Part shown: in pieces, positions 20,946 to 30,757 of the stretch
Layout of the letters: every line of letters begins with the position of its first letter
How positions within the stretch are numbered: the first letter of the stretch is position 1
Virus record (IMG/VR): IMGVR_UViG_3300023202_000247
Span: 257,462-321,461 of that record
Direction: 5' to 3' (one strand)
Length of the DNA stretch: 64,000 bases
Made by a program: the position numbers and the translations under genes
The notes under the pieces: model-generated
What the model was told of the DNA's origin: nothing
The model's database searches: none
The model's input: only the letters and a program-made list of their open reading frames with translations

Positions 20946-21505
20946 TGGCAATGATATCAATACCGGTTTCTAGCGATGTTGGAAAATTGTTTAGAGGATT
21001 GGATGTTCCCGGTAATCGGGATCCATCTGATCACATCACGATGTTCTATTTTGACAAAGAGCTTCCGATAAAAAAGTTAGTAAAAGCAGTATCAATAATT
21101 TATGAAGTTTTATTGGAACAAGAGCCATTTTCTGTTTGTACCAAAAAAGTAAAATCTTTTCCAAAAGGAAAAGATGGGTATCCAATCATAGTAGAAATAG
21201 ACTCTAAAGAGCTGGTAAAATTAAGAAACAAAATGGCAAAAGCTTTAGATGCTAACAAAATTAGATACTCTAAAAAGTTTCCTGTATATTCTCCACATTT
21301 AACTTTGAGCTATAGTAAAGAAGACATCAAAAGTTTTGATTTAGATGTTAGCTGGCTCGTTAATGAAATTAAACTATATGGTGGCGATAGATACCGTGAA
21401 AGATTGTTGGTTAGTTTTCCCTTGATAATAAAAAGTATGGAAAAAAAGGCAGCATATGCAAATATGTTAGCTGACATTTGGATTAATGAAATCAATCGAG
21501 TTTGA
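20945..21505 (+). CDS. 2H phosphoesterase (2'-5' RNA ligase superfamily; Acb1/T4 gp57B-like)
   Basis: Two HxT motifs: DHITMFY and YSPHLTLSY. Confidence 0.8.
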   Translation: MAMISIPVSSDVGKLFRGLDVPGNRDPSDHITMFYFDKELPIKKLVKAVSIIYEVLLEQEPFSVCTKKVKSFPKGKDGYPIIVEIDSKELVKLRNKMAKALDANKIRYSKKFPVYSPHLTLSYSKEDIKSFDLDVSWLVNEIKLYGGDRYRERLLVSFPLIIKSMEKKAAYANMLADIWINEINRV

Positions 21506-21529
21506 CTTGCTGTTATATATTTCATGTAA

Positions 21530-22684
21530 ATGAAAGTCAAAATACAAGGATTTCTTGGTACCAATCATAGTTGGAGTATAGTTCAGCAAAATATAGCTCG
21601 TGGTTTGCTAGCTAATGGCCATGATGTACATTTACAGTCAACTAATGGTTATGATAAATTTCCAAAAGATTTAGAGCCATATAAAAGGCGTGTCTTAGAA
21701 AAAGAATATGATATGCAGTTATCTTATACTGCAATGAAAAACTTTCACGCCTATTTGAGTAATGGTCAAAAAAATCGTTTTGGCATTTGGAATTTTGAGA
21801 GCACGGTATTACCAAAAGGTTTTGCCAAGTATCATAAGTTTGCAGATAAAATGTTGCCATCATCTGAGTTTGCAAAGAGTGTTTTTGTCAGAAATGGTGT
21901 TCCAGATGATAAGTTGGTTGTTATTCCGCATGGTATCAATGTAGAAGAGTATTCTACTGATGATGTTTATCAGTTGCAAACTGATAAGAAAACAAAGATA
22001 CTTACTAACATAGCTCAACCACATGTTCGCAAAAACCTTCCTGGTTTGTTTGAAGCTTATGGTATGGCATTTGATAAAAACGATGATGTATGCTTAGTTG
22101 CAAAAGTATCGGTGAAAAATTTTGATAATAACCATCAAAAGTCATTCAAAAACAGACGCGCTCAAAAAAGAGCGCAGCCAAAAGATAAAAATGATATTCA
22201 ATACTTTGATGTTGACTTTTGGAAAATATATAAGTCTTTCAAAAACAAATTTCCTAATCATGCTGAAGTTGAAATCATAACGGATTTTTTACCAACTATG
22301 GCTCCATTGTATAATGCAACCGACATAGTTTATTCCATGACGCATGCTGAATGCTTTTGGCTTCCTGGTTTAGAGGCTCTTGCAACGGATAATTTAGTAA
22401 TTGCTCCTCGTTATGGTGGGCAGCTTGACTTTTTGAACGATGAAAATTCTCTTTTAGTCGAGGGGAAGATTGTTCGAGCACCTAGAAACATGCAGTATTG
22501 GGTACCAAGCCCTTACGCTGAAATGTTCGAACCATCACTTGATGATGCCGCTGATAAGCTAAAACAAGCAGTATCACAATATGATGTTCTCATGAAAGAC
22601 TTTCGCCCAAAAATGAAGGAACAAACTGATAGGTTGACATGGAAAAATGTTGCTCGTATGATATTGGATTTGTGTGATGAGTAA
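21530..22684 (+). CDS. Glycosyltransferase, GT4 (GT-B fold)
   Basis: PSSEFAKSVF, VIPHGIN, RKNLPGLFEAY, ECFWLPGLEALA...GGQLDFL. Confidence 0.9.
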   Translation: MKVKIQGFLGTNHSWSIVQQNIARGLLANGHDVHLQSTNGYDKFPKDLEPYKRRVLEKEYDMQLSYTAMKNFHAYLSNGQKNRFGIWNFESTVLPKGFAKYHKFADKMLPSSEFAKSVFVRNGVPDDKLVVIPHGINVEEYSTDDVYQLQTDKKTKILTNIAQPHVRKNLPGLFEAYGMAFDKNDDVCLVAKVSVKNFDNNHQKSFKNRRAQKRAQPKDKNDIQYFDVDFWKIYKSFKNKFPNHAEVEIITDFLPTMAPLYNATDIVYSMTHAECFWLPGLEALATDNLVIAPRYGGQLDFLNDENSLLVEGKIVRAPRNMQYWVPSPYAEMFEPSLDDAADKLKQAVSQYDVLMKDFRPKMKEQTDRLTWKNVARMILDLCDE

Positions 22685-22955
22685 AAAGAAATCAAAAGTT
22701 TTACAAAAGCAAGAGTTACTGTATTATGCTTTGGAATCGGAAACGGGATACTCTTCTAATACACGTGAAATTTTCAAATCCATTGACTCTAGCTTTTTGG
22801 AGCGAAAATTGAAGGAAGGAAGTTGCCTTCTCGTTCCTGCCATGGAAGAGGTTTTTGACAAGAAAATACCATATGAGCGTGGCAATTTTGAAGAAGGTCG
22901 ATTAAAATGGGTGGAGTATCTGAATGATATCAATAGTAATACCAGTTCTAAATAA
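22674..22955 (+). CDS. Hypothetical protein
   Basis: 93-aa ORF overlapping both neighbours in the operon. Confidence 0.5.
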   Translation: MMSKKKSKVLQKQELLYYALESETGYSSNTREIFKSIDSSFLERKLKEGSCLLVPAMEEVFDKKIPYERGNFEEGRLKWVEYLNDINSNTSSK

Positions 22956-23625
22956 TTGGAATTTTACCAAAGCTTGCTTGCAAGACCTTCAAAAATTAAC
23001 GGTTCCAAATGAAATCATTGTTGTTGACAATGGTAGTGATGATAAAACTACACAGGAAATTGTGAATTTTGAAGGTATAATACATCATCGTTTTGAAGAA
23101 AACACTGGGTTTGCTCATGCTTGCAACAAAGGATTTACGATTACCAAAGGTAAATATGTGTTGTTTTTAAACAATGATGTTCGTGTTCGTTCTCAACATT
23201 CCAACTGGGTTGAGCCGCTGATGAAAGCAGCTGATGGGCGAAAGCTCGTGGGTCCGACAGTTGGCGTCCTTACCAATGACTTCAATTTTGTCAAAGAAAG
23301 TGATTGTTTCATTGGTGATGACTATCAGTATTATATGAGTGGTTGGAATTTGACTGCTCTACGCTCTGTATTTGAAGACTTAACCTTGGAAGAATATGAT
23401 GGGCCTTTTACCGAGGAGATGGGCAAGGCTTATTTTGAGGATACTGATTTGGGTTTTCGAGCGCGAGAACGAGGCATTGGTTTCGAGATTGTGAACGTAC
23501 CCGTTCACCACTTTGGCAAAATGACCAGTAAAAAGCTAAATACTTTATCATTGTATCAACCTGCAAAAATGAAATTCATACAAAAATGGAAAAACCGAGC
23601 TGGAAATATTACCTTAAAACACTGA
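22924..23625 (+). CDS. Glycosyltransferase, GT2
   Basis: ISIVIPVLN, IIVVDNGSDD, NTGFAHACNKG, VLFLNNDV, YFEDTDLGFR. Confidence 0.9.
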   Translation: MISIVIPVLNNWNFTKACLQDLQKLTVPNEIIVVDNGSDDKTTQEIVNFEGIIHHRFEENTGFAHACNKGFTITKGKYVLFLNNDVRVRSQHSNWVEPLMKAADGRKLVGPTVGVLTNDFNFVKESDCFIGDDYQYYMSGWNLTALRSVFEDLTLEEYDGPFTEEMGKAYFEDTDLGFRARERGIGFEIVNVPVHHFGKMTSKKLNTLSLYQPAKMKFIQKWKNRAGNITLKH

Positions 23626-23792
23626 TAGTAGTAGCCATAGTATTGATTCTACCATACATATCAGTGTTATTTACTTTTGCCATTACAACATTTTTTGGTG
23701 CTAGTGCCATTGTTTGCATCAAACTTTCGTTATTTGTCGGTATTACAGTTGCAATATTGCTTGGATTTTTAATCATAAAAGGACAATTATGA
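23586..23792 (+). CDS. Small two-TM membrane protein
   Basis: 68 aa with two hydrophobic stretches; ATGA-type overlap with next gene. Confidence 0.45.
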   Translation: MEKPSWKYYLKTLIVVAIVLILPYISVLFTFAITTFFGASAIVCIKLSLFVGITVAILLGFLIIKGQL

Positions 23793-24580
23793 AGATTCAT
23801 GTGTTAACACTAACCTGGAATGCTCTTAATAAATTGCGTGCAAATAGCGAACACTTGTTTATCGCCATGAATGATTTTGATTGGACATGGCATTTGAGAG
23901 ATAATGGTTCCAAGGATGAAACCGTGGCTGAATTCTCTGATAAGCAAAACGTATGTTTATACGATATTGGACATAATCGTGATACGTTTGCAATGGGCAT
24001 GAATTATCTATTTAAAAAAGCATCGCCGGCTAAAGATGATGTGCTATTACTATTGAACAATGATGTTTCTGTTGGACGAGAAAGTATCAAGCAAATGCAT
24101 TCTCTCATGACAAAAACAAAAGCAGATGTTGTTGGTTGTCGTTTGTTGTATAATGGTACAAACAAACTTCAACATGCTGGAGTTATCTTTGGACCCAGGT
24201 ATAACAATTTACCATTTCATTTTCGGCCAGGAGAAGTTTCCGACTCGAATGCTGAAAAGGACCGTTATTTTCAAGCCGTTACAGCTGCTTGTTGTTTGGT
24301 AAAGGCATCTGCGTGGGAAGCAGTTGGAGGTATGGATGAAGATTTCAAATGGGCTTTTGATGACGTAACACTTTGTTTGAGTATAAAAAACAATGGAGGT
24401 AAAATTGCCTATTGTGGCAAAACCAAGTCATTCCATGAAGAGAGCGCATCTTTAAAGAAAAATCCCGTAAATAAGATGTTCATTCAGCATAATGTATCAA
24501 AGTTTAAAGAAAAATGGTCTGGTCGTTATGATATAGATCATGATAAATATCTAAAAGATTCTAACTATAATGTAATATGA
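23789..24580 (+). CDS. Glycosyltransferase, GT2
   Basis: Start refined to ATG 23789 after AAAGGA; RDNGSKD, LLLLNND, LQHAGV, AVTAAC, GGMDEDF...FDDV. Confidence 0.9.
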   Translation: MKIHVLTLTWNALNKLRANSEHLFIAMNDFDWTWHLRDNGSKDETVAEFSDKQNVCLYDIGHNRDTFAMGMNYLFKKASPAKDDVLLLLNNDVSVGRESIKQMHSLMTKTKADVVGCRLLYNGTNKLQHAGVIFGPRYNNLPFHFRPGEVSDSNAEKDRYFQAVTAACCLVKASAWEAVGGMDEDFKWAFDDVTLCLSIKNNGGKIAYCGKTKSFHEESASLKKNPVNKMFIQHNVSKFKEKWSGRYDIDHDKYLKDSNYNVI

Positions 24581-25488
24581 TTATCAGTACTAAATACTTT
24601 CCATTTTCTCCAGGAATACCGTGGAAGATGCGTAAAGGAAAGTATTTGATTCCAGAAATTGAACAGGGTGTTTGGGAACGTGCTGTTAAAAATAAAGATG
24701 GAGTTGTGCTTTGCTATGGTGGCTTTCTAGAGAGTTTATTTTCTTTAGCATATGGTGAGATGCTGGTGCGCGTAAAGCCTCAGATGAAACTGTTTTGGGC
24801 CGGCAATCCAGCATTTCATGCAATGATAAAAGAGCATGGGTTATTCAAACCAATAGATTTTCCAAATATTAGTCATAAATATCCCGTGCCTTTATTTATG
24901 AATGATCATTTTGTGTATTTTAACTGCTTGAATAATTATTTGATTAGGTCACCATGGTATGGTGAGCCGAAAAAAATTAATAGAAACTTGATATCCAAAC
25001 AGTTATTTTGCAATTCATTGGTTGAATGGTCGTCACGATATGTTCCAAATATTCGTCATGGCTCTGATAAAACTGGAAAGTATGTACTCATAATACTAAA
25101 TGAGCACAATCACGATTTTGACACATTAAATTGGGATTGGCAATATGTTAGAGAATTTGCATCCATGATGCATGGCTCGATACCAGTTGTTGTAATGGCT
25201 GAAAAAGATATGCCTCACTACTCTAAACATTATGAGTTTCAAAAATTGCAACAGCATCATATAACACTCAACATGTTAAATAATGCTTGGATGGTTTTGT
25301 CAAACGATGTGCATTTTTTAATAGCTGCAATACTATTACAACGCCCACATATACTATCTTTACCGTTTAAAGATAACAGATTTCACTTGTTAAAAAATGC
25401 AGAATTTTTGGACAATGAGAGCGTTATATTAGTAACTGAAGATTTAAAACCATACTACGTATATCAAATTTGTGAAGGAATGAAATGA
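24577..25488 (+). CDS. Putative glycosyltransferase, degenerate GT9-like
   Basis: GGFLESLFS...RVKPQMKLFW and VLSNDVHFLIAAIL loosely match GT9 motifs; context. Confidence 0.4.
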   Translation: MIISTKYFPFSPGIPWKMRKGKYLIPEIEQGVWERAVKNKDGVVLCYGGFLESLFSLAYGEMLVRVKPQMKLFWAGNPAFHAMIKEHGLFKPIDFPNISHKYPVPLFMNDHFVYFNCLNNYLIRSPWYGEPKKINRNLISKQLFCNSLVEWSSRYVPNIRHGSDKTGKYVLIILNEHNHDFDTLNWDWQYVREFASMMHGSIPVVVMAEKDMPHYSKHYEFQKLQQHHITLNMLNNAWMVLSNDVHFLIAAILLQRPHILSLPFKDNRFHLLKNAEFLDNESVILVTEDLKPYYVYQICEGMK

Positions 25489-26243
25489 GTCAAGAAGAAG
25501 CAACAATAATGATGGTAACATATAATCGATTAGAACTTACTAAAAGGATGTTGGATTCATTGTTTCAAAAAACAAAATATCCATTTAACATTGTTATCGT
25601 TGATAATGGTTCTACAGATGGAACCGTTGAATTTTTAACTGATTATTTTGAAAACAGCAAAGCTGATGTTGTTGCAGCTACACTCTTCTTTAATAATAAA
25701 AACAAAGGAATAGCTGTTGGTCGTAATCAAGCTATGAAAATTGCTGATGAAAATTTTCCAAACACAAAGTGGTATTGTACGATAGACAATGATGTAGAGT
25801 TACCATCTGGTTGGCTTACCGAATGTATAGACATCATGTCGAAAAATCCAAAGTATGGAATGATTGGTGTCAATATGGAGACCAAACCATACCCACTCGT
25901 TACTAAAAATGGAAAGACATTTCAAAATAAACCAGCGGGAAACCTGGGAACAGCATGCATGGTATTTCCAAAATCCATACACCAAATGCTCGGGTTTTTC
26001 AATACAGAATATGGTTTGTATGGAGAAGAAGATGCTGATTGGGGTATGAGGGGACGAGTGCTCGGAATTTCCATGGGTTATGTTGAAGAGATGGGAAATC
26101 ATTTTGGCGTAGGAGAAAATGATCAGGGTGAATATCGAGAGTGGAAGACTGAAAAACATAGTGAAAACTTAACGCAGTTTAATCAAAATTGCGCGGCATA
26201 CGCTTCCAAGCACAAGCAACTTTACATTCCATACAAGGAGTAA
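25485..26243 (+). CDS. Glycosyltransferase, GT2
   Basis: IMMVTYNR, VIVDNGSTDGT, NKGIAVGRNQ, TIDND, YGEEDADWG. Confidence 0.9.
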   Translation: MSQEEATIMMVTYNRLELTKRMLDSLFQKTKYPFNIVIVDNGSTDGTVEFLTDYFENSKADVVAATLFFNNKNKGIAVGRNQAMKIADENFPNTKWYCTIDNDVELPSGWLTECIDIMSKNPKYGMIGVNMETKPYPLVTKNGKTFQNKPAGNLGTACMVFPKSIHQMLGFFNTEYGLYGEEDADWGMRGRVLGISMGYVEEMGNHFGVGENDQGEYREWKTEKHSENLTQFNQNCAAYASKHKQLYIPYKE

Positions 26244-26244
26244 C

Positions 26245-28347
26245 GTGGGATCAAATCTCATAAAAGAGATTCCTGGGAAGGAGCTGCGAGACTATGTAAA
26301 ATCTTCTCGTGCATGTAACTTTACCAATGCTGGTGCGGCTTTGGAAGCAAAATTTGGACTATTGGATTTGGAGTTTGATAGCGTTGAAGGAGCAGAGCGC
26401 GTTGCTTTGAAATTACGTCGTCAAGGTGGTAATGGTAAAGTAGCAATAGTTTGTGGCTCAAATGTGGTTGAACAAAATGTTATAAGCAATAAAAGCCAAT
26501 TTCTATCTATAGAGTTGGATAAAAGTTTTGTTAGTATAAAACGCCCAGTTAAAAGCTCTGGAGTTTTAGAAGTCTTATCTGTTTTAGTTTATTCAGATAA
26601 AGACATTGGTATCGTTGAACAAAAAAACTGGAAGTCTATTTTAAGTGGTTGTAAGTACCGTAATATGAAGATAGTAGGCAATAGGTTGCTTGCATCAGAA
26701 GGGGCAAAAATAGAATCGAAAGGTATTGATTTTATCGATACCAACCCTCCCAATTGTGCGCGTATTGATGAATCCGGGGCACAATTTGTATCCAGTTGTG
26801 AAATTTTTGATATCGGAATTTCTAGAATTGGAGGTAAAAAGAAGTCCATTAACATTCCACATTTTGATGCTCCCCTTGATATCGGACCTCCGGTTGAGAC
26901 GATGGATGCGGAACCCAAAGTTATACCAAGCAAGATAAATATCAAAGCACCGGTTAAAAACCCCACTCCTTCATCCAAAGGCGCTAGTGTTTTGTTTGAT
27001 TCCGGTAAAACTGGTTTCTCTATGGAGGCTGTCAAAACAGCTGGTGGTGCAAGTATACTAAACTCTAAATCTATAAAAATTGGTCATCGAGGATGTATAT
27101 CTCTTCCTGTTAGTACTATAGAGGCCAATACACCTTATATAATTATCGCCGAGGCTGTAAGTTCCCGTGGCAATGGTAAGATGATTGCTTATATAGGTGA
27201 AGAAGCTTATAAGGCTGCATTTGGAGTTGCCAATGCAATGAAGAGAAATGTCCACTTCAATGTAAAAAGCGGTGCGCCTCCGGCTCAGGGTTCGTTTCGT
27301 TTGTTTATAGAAAGGCCACAGTCTTCAACTGGAGAAATAATTATAACAAGAATAATGTTGATAAATGCTCCGGCAACTGAGGAGAAGACAACTCAAATCC
27401 TTAGAAGAACTTTGCCACAAAACAACATAAATCTAAATCGTTCTTCGCGGAGTTTGTATACTGATGATATTGCTGACAAAACCATGGCGGCTTTGAAGAG
27501 GTATGCTAGGTTTGCCAATGATGTAAACCCACCAGCAAAATTTGGTGTGTCTGGAACAATTGACATTTCAACAGCTTGTGGAATGAGTTGGTTTAGCAAA
27601 GTGAAAACATTTTTTCCGGACATCAAGCACATTCAAGGCGGCAAACCCGATTTGTTCATAGGAAGACCGGGCGCTTTGCGCCCAGCAAAAAACCTTCTCG
27701 TGGAAGAATTTTTCGGTGAGCTTTCAGATGAAGATATAAAACATGTAAAAAATGCTAATCATGTTTTTACTACATCAGAAAGTAATATTATGTTTTTATC
27801 AAAACATAATAAAAATGTAGAGATTATTAGCAAAGTGTGGCCGGTTATTACTGCTCAAAGGGTTCTTCCAGTAAACTTTAAATATGTTTTAGTTTTCAAC
27901 AGAAGTTTCAAGAACACCGGCATTGTAGTGAAGTCACATATAGATGGAATGCCTAAATTTGTTGTTGCTGGCGCACGAGGTGTACTTCCACCATTTTGTT
28001 TTTTAACCAACGAATATCTCAACTATTCTAATCTGATAGATTTAATTGGGCGCGCTTCTTGTATCGTTGATTTACCACAAATGAATGATTACAACAGCGC
28101 TGTGTTGAATTTGGCACATAATATCGGTGTACCCATAGTTACTACAAATTGGTGGGGTATGCACAAAGATAATGTTCAATATATTTCCTCTGAAGTGCAT
28201 AAAGGAATAGCATGCCCAAATCCAAAAGAGTTGAGGGAAGCCATTGAAAAAGCTTTAACTCAAGAGAAAAAACCTACTGCTTTGATTGCAAATCAAAACA
28301 AATTATTGCATCAAACCATGGCTAAGCTTCTAAAAACTCAACTATAA
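26245..28347 (+). CDS. Large hypothetical protein; beta-rich N-terminal part, C-terminal degenerate GT-B-like region
   Basis: 700-aa ORF; C-terminal LIDLIGRASCIVDL...AHNIGVPIVTT resembles the GT-B second domain. Confidence 0.4.
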   Translation: MGSNLIKEIPGKELRDYVKSSRACNFTNAGAALEAKFGLLDLEFDSVEGAERVALKLRRQGGNGKVAIVCGSNVVEQNVISNKSQFLSIELDKSFVSIKRPVKSSGVLEVLSVLVYSDKDIGIVEQKNWKSILSGCKYRNMKIVGNRLLASEGAKIESKGIDFIDTNPPNCARIDESGAQFVSSCEIFDIGISRIGGKKKSINIPHFDAPLDIGPPVETMDAEPKVIPSKINIKAPVKNPTPSSKGASVLFDSGKTGFSMEAVKTAGGASILNSKSIKIGHRGCISLPVSTIEANTPYIIIAEAVSSRGNGKMIAYIGEEAYKAAFGVANAMKRNVHFNVKSGAPPAQGSFRLFIERPQSSTGEIIITRIMLINAPATEEKTTQILRRTLPQNNINLNRSSRSLYTDDIADKTMAALKRYARFANDVNPPAKFGVSGTIDISTACGMSWFSKVKTFFPDIKHIQGGKPDLFIGRPGALRPAKNLLVEEFFGELSDEDIKHVKNANHVFTTSESNIMFLSKHNKNVEIISKVWPVITAQRVLPVNFKYVLVFNRSFKNTGIVVKSHIDGMPKFVVAGARGVLPPFCFLTNEYLNYSNLIDLIGRASCIVDLPQMNDYNSAVLNLAHNIGVPIVTTNWWGMHKDNVQYISSEVHKGIACPNPKELREAIEKALTQEKKPTALIANQNKLLHQTMAKLLKTQL

Positions 28348-29273
28348 GCTTCTATCATTTTGCGATACATTCTGTCGTAAGATATGACATGGAAAAGACC
28401 GTCAGGTTTTTCTAGATTTTCCAATACAGATGTTTTCATGGCCTCATATTTTTGGCCGTTGAACTCATTCATTACTTTTGTTAAAGCATGCCAATTAACC
28501 TTGATATTTTTGCCATTCTTTTGAACGAATTGTCGTAAGTCAATGTATGAGTTTGGAGCAAAGCCTAAGTCGTTTATATTGTAACAGCCGATGTATAAAG
28601 GGCAAGCCCCTCCAAACCAAGCCTCTGGCAGTTTCTCTGTAAAGTAGTTATGAGAAAATTGTTGATGATAACAGTTTTCAGTACATATGGTAAATTTGGC
28701 ATCTTTCAATATTGACATTTTGTTTGGTACGGAACCTTTATAATAAGGTTTTTTCATGGGAATTTGTCCATACCATGACACATTCCAATCTTTGTGGCGA
28801 TGAAACATGTCCGCAAGCATGGTTCTCAGCGTGTATATTTCCGAGATGTGCTTGGATGATTTTCTGCTTGCTATAAATACTATTTCATTTTTTCGTTGAT
28901 TCCAGGGCTTGGACCAATTTTGAGCTATAGCATCCTTAGATGGTGGAAATTTACAACTTGGATGATTAATTTCAATAACTTTTTGTTTTATGCTGTGGCT
29001 TGTAATAGCTTTTGACGCCCATGTGAATATGTATTTGAATCGTTTCAAATATTCTACACGGTAATCTGGTTCATGAACACAGCGCGGCTCTATTACCAAC
29101 GCAGAGTCATCAGGTTGAGGATTCCGCAAATAATACCAACTCATTGTAATATTGTGTTTTTTACCATCACGTCTATTTGATAACCACACGATGCCATTTT
29201 CATCTTCATAATGGACTACTGGAGATTTTTTGTGGGGCCCGTAAATAAGGTTAATCTCTACTTTTTTGCTCAT
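28338..29273 (-). CDS. Glycosyltransferase family 10 (alpha-1,3/4-fucosyltransferase-like)
   Basis: KFTICTENC...NYFTEKLPEAWFGGACPLYIG matches the GT10 alpha-3-FucT motif. Confidence 0.8.
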   Translation of the reverse strand: MSKKVEINLIYGPHKKSPVVHYEDENGIVWLSNRRDGKKHNITMSWYYLRNPQPDDSALVIEPRCVHEPDYRVEYLKRFKYIFTWASKAITSHSIKQKVIEINHPSCKFPPSKDAIAQNWSKPWNQRKNEIVFIASRKSSKHISEIYTLRTMLADMFHRHKDWNVSWYGQIPMKKPYYKGSVPNKMSILKDAKFTICTENCYHQQFSHNYFTEKLPEAWFGGACPLYIGCYNINDLGFAPNSYIDLRQFVQKNGKNIKVNWHALTKVMNEFNGQKYEAMKTSVLENLEKPDGLFHVISYDRMYRKMIEAYS

Positions 29274-29279
29274 CTATTT

Positions 29280-29288
29280 GATATATAA
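29280..29288. promoter_or_regulatory. Putative bidirectional late promoter core (GATATATAA)
   Basis: Centre of a 21-bp gap between divergent ATGs at 29273(-) and 29295(+). Confidence 0.5.
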
Positions 29289-29294
29289 CTAGTT

Positions 29295-30047
29295 ATGGTA
29301 TCTGGTGCAAAAATTGTTGTCATGATTCCAAGTTACAACAATTGTAAATGGTATGACAAAAATCTGATGTCGGTTTTGTCTCAAGATTATGACAACTTTC
29401 GTATTATTTATACTGACGATTGCTCGACAGATAAAACCGGTGAGTTGGTTAAGAGTTTTCTGGAAAAGAAAAACTATTTTGATAAAGTAACTTTTATTCA
29501 AAATACTGAACGTTTGGGGGCATTGGCTAATCAATATAATATGGTTCATTCTTGTGATGATGATGAGATAGTTATTACTTTAGATGGTGATGATTGGTTT
29601 GCCAACGCACAAGTTTTACGTCGAGTTGAACAAGCTTATGCAGATGGCAAAACTTGGATCACATATGGGCAATACAAAGATTGGCCGTCTGGAGGGCGCG
29701 GATGTTCCAGGCCCATACCAAAAGAGATAATTGATAAAAATTGTTATCGTACATCACCATGGTGTACTTCTCACTTGAGAACATTTTACGCATGGCTGTT
29801 CAAGAAAATCAAGCGAGAAGATTTGATGGATGGCAATGGTCAGTTTTACCAAATGACTGGTGACTTGTTTACAATGTTTCCCATGATTGAAATGGCTGGG
29901 TATCATTCTAAATACATTGATGATATTTTGTATATTTACAATGTGTCAAATCCTATAAATGATAGTAAAGTTAATAGGACGAGGCAGATAGATTTAGAAC
30001 GAATTGCTCGTTACAAACCACGTTATACACCTCTAAAAGAAAAATGA
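29295..30047 (+). CDS. Glycosyltransferase, GT2
   Basis: VMIPSYN, IIYTDDCSTD, ITLDGDDW. Confidence 0.9.
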   Translation: MVSGAKIVVMIPSYNNCKWYDKNLMSVLSQDYDNFRIIYTDDCSTDKTGELVKSFLEKKNYFDKVTFIQNTERLGALANQYNMVHSCDDDEIVITLDGDDWFANAQVLRRVEQAYADGKTWITYGQYKDWPSGGRGCSRPIPKEIIDKNCYRTSPWCTSHLRTFYAWLFKKIKREDLMDGNGQFYQMTGDLFTMFPMIEMAGYHSKYIDDILYIYNVSNPINDSKVNRTRQIDLERIARYKPRYTPLKEK

Positions 30048-30757
30048 TCACATTTTTGGAATTGGGAAAATATGGACGTATGGGAAATGCCATGTTTCAA
30101 ATGGCCGCAGCTATTGGCTTAGCTACGAAACATAATGATTCATATATATTTCCCAAATGGGAATATGAAAATTTTTTCAACATAAATTCTTTTGATGACA
30201 ATGTTCGTGCAAGGGTACGTTCAAAATATGAAGAGTCACATTATGTTTACAAAGAGATACCTTACAAAGAAAACTTGAATATTCATGGTTATTTTCAAAG
30301 TTATAAATATTTTAATCACTGTGAAGGTGTTATCAAAAAAGAACTTTCTCCAAATTTGACTTTTCCAAAATTTGAGCGTGTTTGCAGCGTTCATGTTAGA
30401 AGAGGTGACTACTTAAAATTTCCACGGCATCATCCATTATGTTCAATTGATTATTACAAAAAAGCTATGCAACAAATGGATGTAGAAAAGTTCATGATTT
30501 TCAGTGATGATATTCCGTGGTGCAAACAACATTTTCATGGAAACGTGGAATTTGTTGAGGGAAATCCGTGTTACACCGATCTTGCCCTCATGATGAGTTG
30601 TGATCATCACATCATTGCAAACTCATCATTTTCGTGGTGGGGTGCATGGCTTGCTGGTTCGAAAAAAGTTATTGCTCCTGCCAGATGGTTTGGAGTTGCA
30701 TTGGAACGTACACACCCAACTCATGATTTGATTCCTTCAAAGTGGGTGAGACTATGA
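30044..30757 (+). CDS. Alpha-1,2-fucosyltransferase, GT11
   Basis: GRMGNAMFQMAA, HGYFQSYKYF, SVHVRRGDY, HHIIANSSFSWWGAWL. Confidence 0.92.
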   Translation: MITFLELGKYGRMGNAMFQMAAAIGLATKHNDSYIFPKWEYENFFNINSFDDNVRARVRSKYEESHYVYKEIPYKENLNIHGYFQSYKYFNHCEGVIKKELSPNLTFPKFERVCSVHVRRGDYLKFPRHHPLCSIDYYKKAMQQMDVEKFMIFSDDIPWCKQHFHGNVEFVEGNPCYTDLALMMSCDHHIIANSSFSWWGAWLAGSKKVIAPARWFGVALERTHPTHDLIPSKWVRL

